Below are positions 9,700 through 20,537 of a stretch of 64,000 nt of DNA, in pieces (the stretch's first letter is position 1; the number at the start of each line of letters is the position of its first letter). The DNA is taken from NCBI GenBank assembly GCA_021324855.1, contig JAJPIG010000028.1:1579-65578 (forward strand), given 5' to 3'. Below the pieces are notes generated by a model, which saw nothing but the letters and a program-made list of their open reading frames with translations, was not told where the DNA came from and did not search any database. The DNA is from Pseudomonadota bacterium. Its GTDB lineage: Bacteria > Desulfobacterota > Binatia > Binatales > Binataceae. The translations under genes and the position numbers were made by a program.

Positions 9700-10035
9700 A
9701 TGAACGCGCGTCAATTATGCGTCTGGATGCTGTTAGGCACGGGGGCAGTGCTTGCGTTTGGGGAGGGCGGCGATTTCGACGTGCCGGCGCTGCTCCTGAG
9801 CTGCTCACTCTGCTACAGCATCGGTCGATTTCACGGGCGGCGATCCGCAGCTCGCCAGGCGCTCAAGATATGGACGATCTATGAATCGTCCGTCGGGAGA
9901 AGCTCACGCCCGGGCTCTGTCGCCGTCGTCAAGCCATTGTCGGGCGCTTCGTCTGCAGTGCTGAACACGCCTGGGCCGCCTCAGGACAGAGCTCCGGCGT
10001 GGGAAAATGCGATCGCGAGCGAAATGGTCCGATGA
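9700..10035 (+). CDS. Hypothetical small membrane protein
   Basis: Strong SD GGGAGGG before ATG; hydrophobic N-terminal half. Confidence 0.6.
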   Translation: MNARQLCVWMLLGTGAVLAFGEGGDFDVPALLLSCSLCYSIGRFHGRRSAARQALKIWTIYESSVGRSSRPGSVAVVKPLSGASSAVLNTPGPPQDRAPAWENAIASEMVR

Positions 10036-10105
10036 TTCCCGCGCATGGTGCGATGCTCCCGCTTCCACGGAACTGACGGAAACACGGCCTCGCCTGCGCA
10101 CTCAT

Positions 10106-10372
10106 TTAGTGCAGCGTCGCTTCGAGTTGATTGGCGCGGGTCTGCAGATAGGCCGCTTCCTGCCAGTAGTAGAGCGCGCTCTCGTGGTCGCCGGAGCGCT
10201 GCGCGGCATCGCCCCGCTCGCGGCAGTCGTCAGCCTGCGCGCGCAACGCGACGATCTGATGGCGCGCCGAGTCCTGTCCCCATCGCATCGGATTAAGGCT
10301 CGCACACGAAGCGCATCCGCAGAGCGCAACCGATACGATCAGAAGGAGCATCCAGCGGAACATGAGGTTCAA
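10106..10372 (-). CDS. Hypothetical small lipoprotein/exported helical protein
   Basis: Signal-like N-terminus with LCGC lipobox-like motif; follows the mre operon on the same strand. Confidence 0.6.
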   Translation of the reverse strand: MNLMFRWMLLLIVSVALCGCASCASLNPMRWGQDSARHQIVALRAQADDCRERGDAAQRSGDHESALYYWQEAAYLQTRANQLEATLH

Positions 10373-10400
10373 TCTTACATTCTGAGTGAGCGACGCTGAG

Positions 10401-10727
10401 CTATTGCTGCATCACGCGGAAGATGAGCGGCGCCGCCTCCGTCATGATTTCGCTGATGATCTCAGAGAGCGGCTTGCCCGGAGTCGCGAGCTTGGTGACA
10501 AGCGAACGCATCACGGTCAGGTAGTGGCCGCGGGTTTCGGCGCTGATGGTGAGCAGCCGGTCGTTCTCCATCACCTCGATAAACTGGCGATGAAGCTCGA
10601 AGACCTCGAGATCGCGCGGCGGAGGCGGCGCCGCTTCGAGATGCGAGTTTCGCGAGGTGCGCTTCCCGCGCGTCCGCTTGCCCGCGGCAGATGACGTCTT
10701 TTTGAATGTGCGTTTCTTCGGCGGCAT
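10401..10727 (-). CDS. Hypothetical protein with basic N-terminal tail
   Basis: Same strand just downstream of rodA; K/R-rich N-terminus, Pro linker, helical C-terminus. Confidence 0.65.
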   Translation of the reverse strand: MPPKKRTFKKTSSAAGKRTRGKRTSRNSHLEAAPPPPRDLEVFELHRQFIEVMENDRLLTISAETRGHYLTVMRSLVTKLATPGKPLSEIISEIMTEAAPLIFRVMQQ

Positions 10728-10779
10728 CGATTTCAGGATTCCCGGTGTTTTTCGCCGCTGCGAAATTAGCAGGCGGCGC

Positions 10780-11886
10780 TCAGAACAGGTAGCGGCGAGT
10801 GTTGATGCTGATCAGCACGCCCATCGCCGCCATCATCGCGATCAGCGACGAACCGCCGTAGCTCACCAGCGGTAGCGGGATGCCGACGACCGGCAGCATC
10901 CCGGTCGCCATCCCCATGTTGATCGCGACCTGCCAAAAGACCATCGCGGTAATGCCGCCGGCAAGCAGCGCGCCGAAGCGATCGCGGGCATGCCGTGCGA
11001 CCCATACGCCGCGCGCGATCACGAGCACATACAGGCCCATCAACAACATCGAACCGGCGAAGCCGAACTCCTCGGCGAAAACCGCGAAGATGAAATCGGT
11101 GGTCTGTTCAGGCAGGAAGTTGAGCCGCGCTTGCGTGCCCTTGAGAAAGCCCTTGCCGAGCTCGCCGCCCGAGCCGATCGCGATCTCCGACTGGATGATG
11201 TGATAGCCGCTGCCGAGCGGATCGGAGTGCGGATCGAGGAAGCTCACCAGCCGCTCGCGCTGATAAGGCTTCATGTAATGCCATGCGACCGGCGCCGCGA
11301 GCACAGCGGCCATCGCCAACACGGTGAGCGTGCGCCAGTTGAGTCCGCCGACGAACAGCAGCGTCGCCGTGATCAGGACCATGGTCAGCGCGGTGCCAAG
11401 GTCCGGCTGTTTCAGCACCAATCCGACCGGCACGGCCATCAGGAGCCCTGGTACGATCATGTGCTGCAGCCGCCATCCGCCTTTCGGCGGCTCCTCACGG
11501 AGATAGCGCACGAGCACGAGCACGAGCGCGAGCTTGGCAAGTTCGGAGGGTTCGAGATGAATCACGCCAAGATTGATCCAGCGCCGCGAGCCACCGGTGG
11601 AGTGGCCGGCGACAGCGACCGCCGCCAGCAGTCCGAGCGTCACCGCATAGAGCGGATAGGCGTACGCGCCGAGCACGCGATAATCGAAAAAAACCGCGCC
11701 GACCATGAACAGCATCCCGATCGCGATCCAGGTGAGCTGATGAATCACGAGCGGATCGAGCGCGTGATGTGGTCCCTGGTAGGTCGCGCTCAGCACGCTT
11801 ACGACGCCGATCGCGGCGAGACAGAGCGACAGCCCGAAGAGCGTCCAATCGAAATGGAGCACCAAGCGGCGGTCGATGGCCGCCAT
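10780..11886 (-). CDS. rodA: Rod shape-determining SEDS protein RodA
   Basis: EPSELAK, QPDLGT, GYHIIQSEIAIGSGG, LPEQTTDFIF, PLPLVSYGGSS; directly after mrdA. Confidence 0.97.
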   Translation of the reverse strand: MAAIDRRLVLHFDWTLFGLSLCLAAIGVVSVLSATYQGPHHALDPLVIHQLTWIAIGMLFMVGAVFFDYRVLGAYAYPLYAVTLGLLAAVAVAGHSTGGSRRWINLGVIHLEPSELAKLALVLVLVRYLREEPPKGGWRLQHMIVPGLLMAVPVGLVLKQPDLGTALTMVLITATLLFVGGLNWRTLTVLAMAAVLAAPVAWHYMKPYQRERLVSFLDPHSDPLGSGYHIIQSEIAIGSGGELGKGFLKGTQARLNFLPEQTTDFIFAVFAEEFGFAGSMLLMGLYVLVIARGVWVARHARDRFGALLAGGITAMVFWQVAINMGMATGMLPVVGIPLPLVSYGGSSLIAMMAAMGVLISINTRRYLF

Positions 11887-11891
11887 CGGAA

Positions 11892-13793
11892 TCAGTCCTC
11901 CCGTTGATCGCTCGCGTCGGCCTGAATTTGCGGATGAGCCGGCGCGGCGGAGGGCGTAGTCGGCAGACCGGCAGGATAGAGCGCGAAGAATTTTTCCAGC
12001 ACGTCCCGCACACCCGGCGCGGCCGCGCTGCCGCCGTGGCCGCCGTGCTCGATGATCGCCGCAACCGCGATCCGGGGATGATCCTTGGGCGCGAACGCGA
12101 TGAACCAGCCATTGTCGCGCTCTGCCGCGGACATGTTCTTTTCATCGATCCGCACGCCCTGCTTCTCCGCGACCACCTGTGCAGTGCCGGTCTTGCCGCA
12201 CACCACGATGTTCGGCAGGGCCGCCTTATGAGCGGTGCCGCCCGGTCCGTTGACCACGTCGCACATCGCGTCGCGGATGAAATCGAGATCGACCGGATTA
12301 AGCGGCAGCCGCCGCTCGACTACGGGAGGATAACTTTGGACGGGCGAGCCGTCGGGTGCGATGACCTCCTTGACGAACTGCGGCTTGTAGCGGATGCCGC
12401 CGTTGGCGACCTCTGCTGCGACCTGCGCCATCTGGATCGGCGTGACGCTTACGTAGCCCTGGCCGATCGCGACCGAGAGCGTCTCCGCCGGATACCATCG
12501 CTCGCCGTAGCGCTTGCGCTTCCATTCGCTGGACGGAATGATGCCGGTCTTTTCGTTGGCGAGGTCGATGCCGGTTTTATAGCCGAGGCCGAGTGCATGC
12601 GCCCATTCAGCGATGCGATCGACGCCGAGCCGCTCACCGACCTGGTAGAAATAGACGTCGCACGATTCGACGATCGCGCGATGCAGCGACAGTGTGCCGT
12701 GCCCCTGCTTGCGCCAGCATCGATATTCGCGGTTTCCGTACCACATCCCGCCCGGGCAGTTGTAGGTCGTGGACGGGGTAAGCGTATGGTCCTGCAGCCC
12801 GGCGATCGAATCGACAATCTTGAAGGTCGAGCCGGGCGCATAAATTCCCTGGATCACACGGTTCTCCAGCGGGTGGCTGGGATCGGTCATCAGGCGGCGC
12901 CAGTTGGCGGGGCTGATGCCGCCGGTGAAGATGTTGGGGTCGAAGGCCGGATGCGACGCCATCGCGATGATATAGCCGGTGTTGGGATCGATCGCGATGA
13001 GCGCGCCGGACTGCGGCCCCAGCGCTTGCTCGGCGGCCTGCTGCACGTCGAAATCGATCGTTAGCACAACACCGTCGCCGGGCTGTTCAGGAATCTCGCG
13101 CAGCAGGCGCAGTCGGCGGCCGACCGCATCGACTTCGATTTCCTGGCCGCCCGCGCCGCCGCGCAGAAAATTCTCCCATCCGCGTTCGAGTCCGAACTTG
13201 CCGATCTGATCGCCGTTCTCGTAGCCAACGAGATGCCGCAGATCGTTGCGCGTCACCTCGCCGACATAGCCGAGCAGATGGGCCGCCATCTCGCCGTACA
13301 AATAATGACGCCGCGGCGTCACCTGCAGGCTCACGCCGGGCAGTTCGAGCTGATGCGTCTCGAGCGCCACCACCTGGTTCCAGTTGAGATGCTCTTCGAC
13401 CGTGATCGGCTCGTAAGCCGGCCGCTCATCATCCTCAGCCTGCTGCAAGCGAACCGCGATGTTGCTGCCGCCAAGAAGCTTCTCGAGCCGCTCAATGGTA
13501 TCGGAAAGATCTTCGGTGTCCTCCGGAACGACAACCGCATCGAATGACGGCACTGTATCGACCAAAGGCCGATGATGCCGATCGAAGACCAGACCGCGGA
13601 GCGCAGGCAGGCGGCGAAGCCGAATCCGGTTGCGATCGGCAAGCTCGGCGAGACTCTGATGCTGAACGACCTGGAGATAGTAAAGCCGGCCGGCGATGAT
13701 TGTAAGTACGACGGCGATAAGGACCGACAGCCCGGCCATCCGCAACTCGAGCCGCGGCACTGCCTGATCCTTGCGCGAAGAACGAAACTTCAT
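11892..13793 (-). CDS. mrdA: Penicillin-binding protein 2
   Basis: PGSTFK (SxxK), SCD (SxD), KTGTAQ; N-terminal TM anchor; mre operon context. Confidence 0.96.
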   Translation of the reverse strand: MKFRSSRKDQAVPRLELRMAGLSVLIAVVLTIIAGRLYYLQVVQHQSLAELADRNRIRLRRLPALRGLVFDRHHRPLVDTVPSFDAVVVPEDTEDLSDTIERLEKLLGGSNIAVRLQQAEDDERPAYEPITVEEHLNWNQVVALETHQLELPGVSLQVTPRRHYLYGEMAAHLLGYVGEVTRNDLRHLVGYENGDQIGKFGLERGWENFLRGGAGGQEIEVDAVGRRLRLLREIPEQPGDGVVLTIDFDVQQAAEQALGPQSGALIAIDPNTGYIIAMASHPAFDPNIFTGGISPANWRRLMTDPSHPLENRVIQGIYAPGSTFKIVDSIAGLQDHTLTPSTTYNCPGGMWYGNREYRCWRKQGHGTLSLHRAIVESCDVYFYQVGERLGVDRIAEWAHALGLGYKTGIDLANEKTGIIPSSEWKRKRYGERWYPAETLSVAIGQGYVSVTPIQMAQVAAEVANGGIRYKPQFVKEVIAPDGSPVQSYPPVVERRLPLNPVDLDFIRDAMCDVVNGPGGTAHKAALPNIVVCGKTGTAQVVAEKQGVRIDEKNMSAAERDNGWFIAFAPKDHPRIAVAAIIEHGGHGGSAAAPGVRDVLEKFFALYPAGLPTTPSAAPAHPQIQADASDQRED

Positions 13794-14329
13794 GTGAGCC
13801 AGCGCCTGCCCGACTTATTATCCTCGCGCCGGCCGGTGGCGAGCAATCCAAGTACTTTCTTGCCCCGCGCCATCGCGGCAAAGACCAGCGGGGCCAAAAG
13901 CGCGCTAACCGCGGCCTGGCCGAACAACGTGCGCATCAGCGCGGGATTGCCGGTCAGGCCGGCGAGCCCGGAGCTGATCGCGATGCTGCCGAGATCCTTA
14001 ATGATAACGCCGACGAATACCGCCACCACCCCGACGATCACGTTGGTCACAAGCAGTTGTGTCGACAGCTCATATGCAAGCAGGAAAACCAGGGTGATCA
14101 TGAAAGCATTGAGGCCGATCTGCGTGCCCGAGAAGGCATCGATCGCATAGCCCATCACGAACGCCATCAGCGCGGCGATCGCGCTATGGTGCCGCATCCC
14201 GAGATCAACCGCGAGGATCAACACCAAGTCGGGGACGAACGGCCCCAGCGGCAGCCAATACGGCAGCATTGTCTGAAGGGCGAGCGCGGCCAGCGTGGCG
14301 GCGGCAAATAGTAGAACCAACCGCGCCAC
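13790..14329 (-). CDS. mreD: Rod shape-determining protein MreD
   Basis: Hydrophobic 179 aa with PDLVLIL and GYAIDAFSG, between mreC and mrdA. Confidence 0.9.
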   Translation of the reverse strand: MARLVLLFAAATLAALALQTMLPYWLPLGPFVPDLVLILAVDLGMRHHSAIAALMAFVMGYAIDAFSGTQIGLNAFMITLVFLLAYELSTQLLVTNVIVGVVAVFVGVIIKDLGSIAISSGLAGLTGNPALMRTLFGQAAVSALLAPLVFAAMARGKKVLGLLATGRREDNKSGRRWLT

Positions 14330-14333
14330 CCCG

Positions 14334-15182
14334 TCAGCCCTGATCCTGCGCGACGACCCTTGGCGGCGGCTCGATTACGACCAGCACCTGCTCGAGCCGC
14401 CGAAAATCCACCGCCGGCGCGACCAACACGTTGACGAAGAGCCCGGGCCCCTGGCGCTCGACGCGGCTGATCTCACCGATCAGCAGGCCGCGCGGAAACG
14501 TGCCGTCGAGACCCGAAGTCACCACTGAATCGCCGGGCCGGACGTCGGCCGTGCGGCCGACATACTTCATCGTGAGCCCGTCATCGACGACCCCGGCAAC
14601 GATTCCGCGCACCCGCGAGCGTTGATCGAAGGCGTCGAGCGCGGCGTTGTGATCGTCGATCAGCAGCACGCGCGAGGAGGTCGGGCTTACCGCGATCAAC
14701 TTGCCGACCACGCCTTCATTGGATAGCACCGCCATCCCGGCGCGCACCCCATCCCGGGAGCCGGCGCCGAGAATCAAGGTGCGCGAGAGCCCGGTCGCAT
14801 CGCTGCCGATGACGTTGGCCGCGATCGCGCGCATCCCGAGTGCTTCGCGCAATCCGAGCAGTTCGCTCAGATGGCGATTCTCAATTTCGAGTTCCGTCAG
14901 GCGGGCGCGTTCGTTCTGGAATTTGGCAAGCTCGGCGCGCAGCTTCTGGTTTTCGCGCTGGACCTGCACGAGCGCAATGTAGTCATGCCAAAAATCGTGC
15001 GCCGCTTCGACCAGATGGGAACTCGAGCTCTGAACCGGGCTCAGCACACCCATCAGGATCTCGTTTGGCCGCGCCGCCTGATCGCGCGGGCGCACGCCGG
15101 TGGTCAGCATATGGGCGGACAAAAGCAACAGCAGACCGCTGGTGAGAACTACACGGTTGCGCCATAGAAACGAGGAATTCAC
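14334..15182 (-). CDS. mreC: Rod shape-determining protein MreC
   Basis: TM plus coiled coil (RENQKLR...IENRHL), GVVGK, VVTSGLDGTFPRGL. Confidence 0.95.
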   Translation of the reverse strand: MNSSFLWRNRVVLTSGLLLLLSAHMLTTGVRPRDQAARPNEILMGVLSPVQSSSSHLVEAAHDFWHDYIALVQVQRENQKLRAELAKFQNERARLTELEIENRHLSELLGLREALGMRAIAANVIGSDATGLSRTLILGAGSRDGVRAGMAVLSNEGVVGKLIAVSPTSSRVLLIDDHNAALDAFDQRSRVRGIVAGVVDDGLTMKYVGRTADVRPGDSVVTSGLDGTFPRGLLIGEISRVERQGPGLFVNVLVAPAVDFRRLEQVLVVIEPPPRVVAQDQG

Positions 15183-15236
15183 CTTGATGCTCCCGGAGCG
15201 GGAGCCTTAGGCCCGATGCTTCAGCGTCAGCGTCCC

Positions 15237-16334
<1,098 letters not shown>

Positions 16335-16473
16335 TCAACTCACTTCCCGCCGCCTCGTCCAAACCGCCTCCGTACCGGCAAAACCGCCGATTGTCCCGAT
16401 GCGAGCACGCTAACAGACGCGCGCGCATGCAGGCAAGCTGTGCCGCCGAATTGCGCCCATTTTAGGTGCTGGT

Positions 16474-18402
16474 ATGATCGAAAACATGCTCGCCGCGATG
16501 CGCAAGCACGCCTATTCGTGGGTTATCCGAATCCTTCTGGGTCTCCTCGCCGCGGTCTTTTGCTTCTGGGGATTCGGTGCCGGAATGTTCAACCAGGTCC
16601 GCCCGGTCGCGACCGTCAATCATCAGCAGATTCTCCCCGACCAGGTCGATCGGCAGGCCGAGCAGATGCGCGCGCAGATGCAGCAGATGTATGGCGAGAA
16701 CGCAGGTCTGTTGCTGAAGGGCGTCAACCTCCGCCAGCAGGCGCTCGAAAGGTTAATCGATCAGCAGTTGATCGACGCCGAAGCGCGGCGCATCGGGCTC
16801 CGTGTCGACAATGCAGAACTGGAAGAAAGCATCGCGCTGATTCCGGCCTTCCAGGTTGACGGCCATTTCGATTTCGACCGCTACGAGCGGGTGTTGCGCG
16901 CCAGCAACCTGCAGCCTGCCGATTTCGAAGCGCAGCAGCGCGCGGGCCTGCTGGGCGAGATGTTGCAGAAGATGGTCTACGACGGCGTTCAGGTGAGCGA
17001 CGCCGAGGCGCGACGCGACTACGATCTTCAGAACGAAGTCATCACTTTGGCCTACTTCGAAGTGCCCTACGACAAGTTCGCCGCGGCAATCCATCCGACG
17101 CCTCAGCAAATTGAGCAGTACTATAAGGATCACGCCGAGGACTTCCGCGAGCCGGATAAAATCAAGATCGAGTACATCTATTACGATCCGATGAAGCTCG
17201 CGGCGAGCGTCCCGGTGCGCGAGGTCGACATCCAAGATTACTATGGCGACAACCAGAAGACGCTGTTCACGCATCCGGAAGAAGTTCGCGTCCGTCATAT
17301 CCTGATCGCCGCCGGCAAGGATGCAACGCCGGCCGAGCACGCCGCGGCGAAGCGCAAGGCCGAGAAGCTCCTCGACGAAATCCGGCACGGAGCCGACTTC
17401 GCGAAGCTCGCACGCGCCGACTCCGACGATCCCGGCTCCAAAGACAATGGCGGCGATCTCGGCTTCTTCCCGCGCGGCCAGATGATCAAGCCGTTCGAGG
17501 ATGCGGCGTTCGCGCTCAAACCGGGCCAGACCGTGATGGTCCAGTCGCCGTTCGGCTATCATTTGATTCAGCTCGAAGCGCGCAAGCCGGCGCATATGGA
17601 GACGCTGGCCGAAGCGCGCCCGGCGATCGTCGCCGCGCTCAAGCAGAAGTCCGGATCGGAAATCGCGCGCAAGGCGCTCGACCAGGATCTGTCGGCCGCC
17701 CTAAGCGGCAAGAGCCTCTATCAGCTTGCCAATGCACGCGGGCTCAGCGCGGTCGGCACCCCGTTCTTCGCTGTCGACGCTCCACCAAGCGGACTCAATA
17801 AGGAGCCGGCACTGATTCGCGAAGTAGCGAAGATGCAGAAAGGCGATCTACGCGCCGTCAATGGCTCGAATGGGCCATACCTCGTCGATCTCCTCGATCG
17901 CGACCCGTCGCATATTCCGCCGCTGAAGGAGATCCAGGAGCGCGTCACGGATGCCTATATACGCGAGACCGCGGCGGTTCAGGCCGAGGCGATGGCGCGC
18001 AAGCTCGCCCGCCAGATCCACAGCGTCGACGATCTGAAGCGCGTCGCCGCTCAAAACGGGTTCGAGGTCTATACCACTCCGCCCTTCCAGCGATCGACCG
18101 GGTCGGTGCCTGGGATCGGCGATTTCCGCGAGGTCACCGACGCCGCCGGCGTGCTTGCGAAGGTTCCCGGGGTGCTCGATCGTCCGATGCAGCGCGAGGA
18201 CAGTTCTTACCTGTTCGCCGTGGTGAGCCGCACCTTCCCCTCGGATTCGGATTGGGAAGCTGCCGCCCCCGAATTCAAGAAACAACTGCTCGAAGCGCGG
18301 CGCGAGCAGGCCTGGTCGAGTTTCCTTGACAATCTCAAACGTCATGCTGAGATCGCGATCGACACCAATCAGCTCGGCGGTACAGGCTCTTCCGCGATGT
18401 AA
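16474..18402 (+). CDS. ppiD: PpiD-like membrane-anchored parvulin chaperone (SurA N-terminal domain)
   Basis: N-terminal TM, SurA-like helical region, parvulin motifs RHILI, SDDPGSKDNGGDLGFF, SPFGYHLI; 642 aa. Confidence 0.88.
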   Translation: MIENMLAAMRKHAYSWVIRILLGLLAAVFCFWGFGAGMFNQVRPVATVNHQQILPDQVDRQAEQMRAQMQQMYGENAGLLLKGVNLRQQALERLIDQQLIDAEARRIGLRVDNAELEESIALIPAFQVDGHFDFDRYERVLRASNLQPADFEAQQRAGLLGEMLQKMVYDGVQVSDAEARRDYDLQNEVITLAYFEVPYDKFAAAIHPTPQQIEQYYKDHAEDFREPDKIKIEYIYYDPMKLAASVPVREVDIQDYYGDNQKTLFTHPEEVRVRHILIAAGKDATPAEHAAAKRKAEKLLDEIRHGADFAKLARADSDDPGSKDNGGDLGFFPRGQMIKPFEDAAFALKPGQTVMVQSPFGYHLIQLEARKPAHMETLAEARPAIVAALKQKSGSEIARKALDQDLSAALSGKSLYQLANARGLSAVGTPFFAVDAPPSGLNKEPALIREVAKMQKGDLRAVNGSNGPYLVDLLDRDPSHIPPLKEIQERVTDAYIRETAAVQAEAMARKLARQIHSVDDLKRVAAQNGFEVYTTPPFQRSTGSVPGIGDFREVTDAAGVLAKVPGVLDRPMQREDSSYLFAVVSRTFPSDSDWEAAAPEFKKQLLEARREQAWSSFLDNLKRHAEIAIDTNQLGGTGSSAM

Positions 18403-18425
18403 GCGCAGCGTGGAGGCTGGAGACC

Positions 18426-19280
18426 ATGAGCGCATCTGATTCTGCTTCCGATTCCAATTCCGACCCTGACGACCCTCACCCGCCGCTTACGAGAATCGAC
18501 ACCAGCGAATTTTTCTTCGCCGGCTCGGGGCTCAGCGTCCTGCTGATCCACGGTCTGACCGGTACGCCGTTCGAGATGCGTTTTCTCGGCGAGCGCATCG
18601 CGGATGCCGGGATGCGCGTGGCGGGCATCAGGTTGGCGGGCCATGCCGCATCGCCCGAGGACCTGCGCGTCACCGATCACGACCATTGGTATGAAAGCGT
18701 GGTGAGCGGGTTCGAGAAAATGCGCGCGTTCGGCGATCCGATCGCGGTCGTGGGTCTGTCGGCGGGGGCCGTGCTGGCAGCGCGTTTGACCGCGGATCAG
18801 GGCGCGGCGGTCGCGGGGCTTGCGATGCTCGCGCCGGCGTTCTTCCTGCCGCTATGGACGCGCGCCGCGCTCAGGGCCGCCGCCGCATGCGGCACGCTCG
18901 CCGATCGCATCTACCTGGAGAGCGGTTCATCCGACATCCACGACACCGCCGTCCGCGAGATGCATCCGCGAACCCGCCTGATGCCGTTACGGGCGCCGAT
19001 CTCGCTGCTCGAGCTTTCGGCGCTGGTGCGCGGGCGGCTCGGCAAAATCCGCCAGCCGACGCTCATCATCCACAGCCGGCGCGATCATGTTTGTCCATGG
19101 CGCGCGAACCTTTCCTACCTGCGAAGCCGTCTCGGCGGCGCGAAGCTGCGCTCGGTCGTCCTGAACGAAAGCTTCCACGTGATTACGGTCGATAGCGAGA
19201 AGGAACGCGTTGCCGACGAGGTGATCGATTTCCTCACGCCGTTGCGCGCCGCACCGGTCGCACCGGCGCTATCCGGATGA
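18426..19280 (+). CDS. Alpha/beta-hydrolase (carboxylesterase/monoacylglycerol lipase-like)
   Basis: LIHGLTG, GLSAG (GxSxG), DHV, SFHVIT. Confidence 0.88.
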   Translation: MSASDSASDSNSDPDDPHPPLTRIDTSEFFFAGSGLSVLLIHGLTGTPFEMRFLGERIADAGMRVAGIRLAGHAASPEDLRVTDHDHWYESVVSGFEKMRAFGDPIAVVGLSAGAVLAARLTADQGAAVAGLAMLAPAFFLPLWTRAALRAAAACGTLADRIYLESGSSDIHDTAVREMHPRTRLMPLRAPISLLELSALVRGRLGKIRQPTLIIHSRRDHVCPWRANLSYLRSRLGGAKLRSVVLNESFHVITVDSEKERVADEVIDFLTPLRAAPVAPALSG

Positions 19281-20450
19281 ACGCGAACCGCGCGCGGCGG
19301 CGATTGCTTCGTCGATAACCACCCGCAACGCCACCTGATGTGTCTCGGCGGCGCGCCGGCAATCCTCGTACTCGGGCGCGATCGTCAGCGCGGCCGCATC
19401 GCTCGTCCCGGAGATCTTCACTCGAATCGCGCCGAATCGCGTCGTCACTTCGCGGACCTCGCGATGCAGCTTCATCCGGCTTACCGGATGGAAACGCAAC
19501 CCGATCGTCGAGGTCTCCGTAAACAGGATCCCGGCCACCTTCTCTTTGAGCGCCGCTTCGGTGATTACGCCGACGATCACGCCCGGACGGCCCTTCTTCA
19601 TGATGGTCGGCGTGATCGTTACGTCGCGCGCGCCGGCGGTCATCAAGCGCTCGCTCAGATAGCCGTAAATCTGCGGATTCAGGTCGTCGATGTTGGCCTC
19701 GATCGAGACCATCGCGTCGCTTTCGTAAGGAACGCGCTCGCTCCCGATCAGGATGCGCAGCAGGTTCGGCCGATCGGCGAGTTCGCGCGTGCCCGCGCCA
19801 TAGCCGATGCGCTCGGCCTCGAAGAGCATCATCGGCGTGGCGGGGCGTCCAAGCGCCCTTACGATCGCGGCCCCCGTCGGCGTGACCATCTCGGCGTCGC
19901 CCGCGTTCATCCGGACCGGAAAGCCGGTCAGCAATTCCACGGTGGCGGGCGCCGGCACCGGAATCGTGCCGTGGCGCGAGCGCGCGAACCCGCGGCCCAT
20001 CGGGAGTTCGCCGACTATCAACTCGCCGATTTCGAGGTACTCGAGCAGCCAGGCCGTCGCGACCACATCGATGATCGAATCGACCGCGCCGACTTCGTGA
20101 AAGTGCACGCGGTCGCGGGTGGTGCGATGGACTTTCGCCTCGGCGTCGGCGAGCGCCTCGAAAATCGCGATCGCGCGCCGCGCCACATCGGCGGAAAGAA
20201 CCGCGCTCTCGATCATCTGTTTGATTTCGCCGAAATGGCGCTCGGGTTGCGAAGCGGCGACCTCGACGTCGAACTTCACCGCAGCGATACCGCTTGCGAC
20301 TTTGCGCGTGCTCGCGAGCTTGTATCCTTCGACTGGCAGCGCGCAAAGCGCCTTCGAGAGTTCGTCGAAGTCGCCGCCGCAATCGAGCAGCGCGCCGACC
20401 ATCATGTCGCCCGAAATTCCGGAGAAGGTATCGAGGTAGGCGCTTTTCAT
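19269..20450 (-). CDS. larC: Nickel-pincer cofactor biosynthesis nickel insertase LarC
   Basis: SGISGDM, HFHEVGAVDSIID, PVPAPAT, VTPTGAA, MKKGRPG, ETSTIGLR, PEYED. Confidence 0.93.
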   Translation of the reverse strand: MKSAYLDTFSGISGDMMVGALLDCGGDFDELSKALCALPVEGYKLASTRKVASGIAAVKFDVEVAASQPERHFGEIKQMIESAVLSADVARRAIAIFEALADAEAKVHRTTRDRVHFHEVGAVDSIIDVVATAWLLEYLEIGELIVGELPMGRGFARSRHGTIPVPAPATVELLTGFPVRMNAGDAEMVTPTGAAIVRALGRPATPMMLFEAERIGYGAGTRELADRPNLLRILIGSERVPYESDAMVSIEANIDDLNPQIYGYLSERLMTAGARDVTITPTIMKKGRPGVIVGVITEAALKEKVAGILFTETSTIGLRFHPVSRMKLHREVREVTTRFGAIRVKISGTSDAAALTIAPEYEDCRRAAETHQVALRVVIDEAIAAARGSRSSG

Positions 20451-20537
20451 CACCCTGAGCTTTACATAGCAGGCAGGTGGAACTACGATCAAAGTTCGGC
20501 CCGGTCGAAAACGGGTTTTTTGGCCGATGAGGTTTTA

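Noticed and set aside
11769-13064. 431-aa plus-strand ORF and similar long ORFs opposite pcnB, the AKR, the carboxylase and moa genes
   Set aside because: Codon-bias shadows of well-supported genes on the other strand.
19338-20537. Apparent 400-aa N-terminal extension of DksA
   Set aside because: Antisense to larC; the real dksA starts at ATG 20538.
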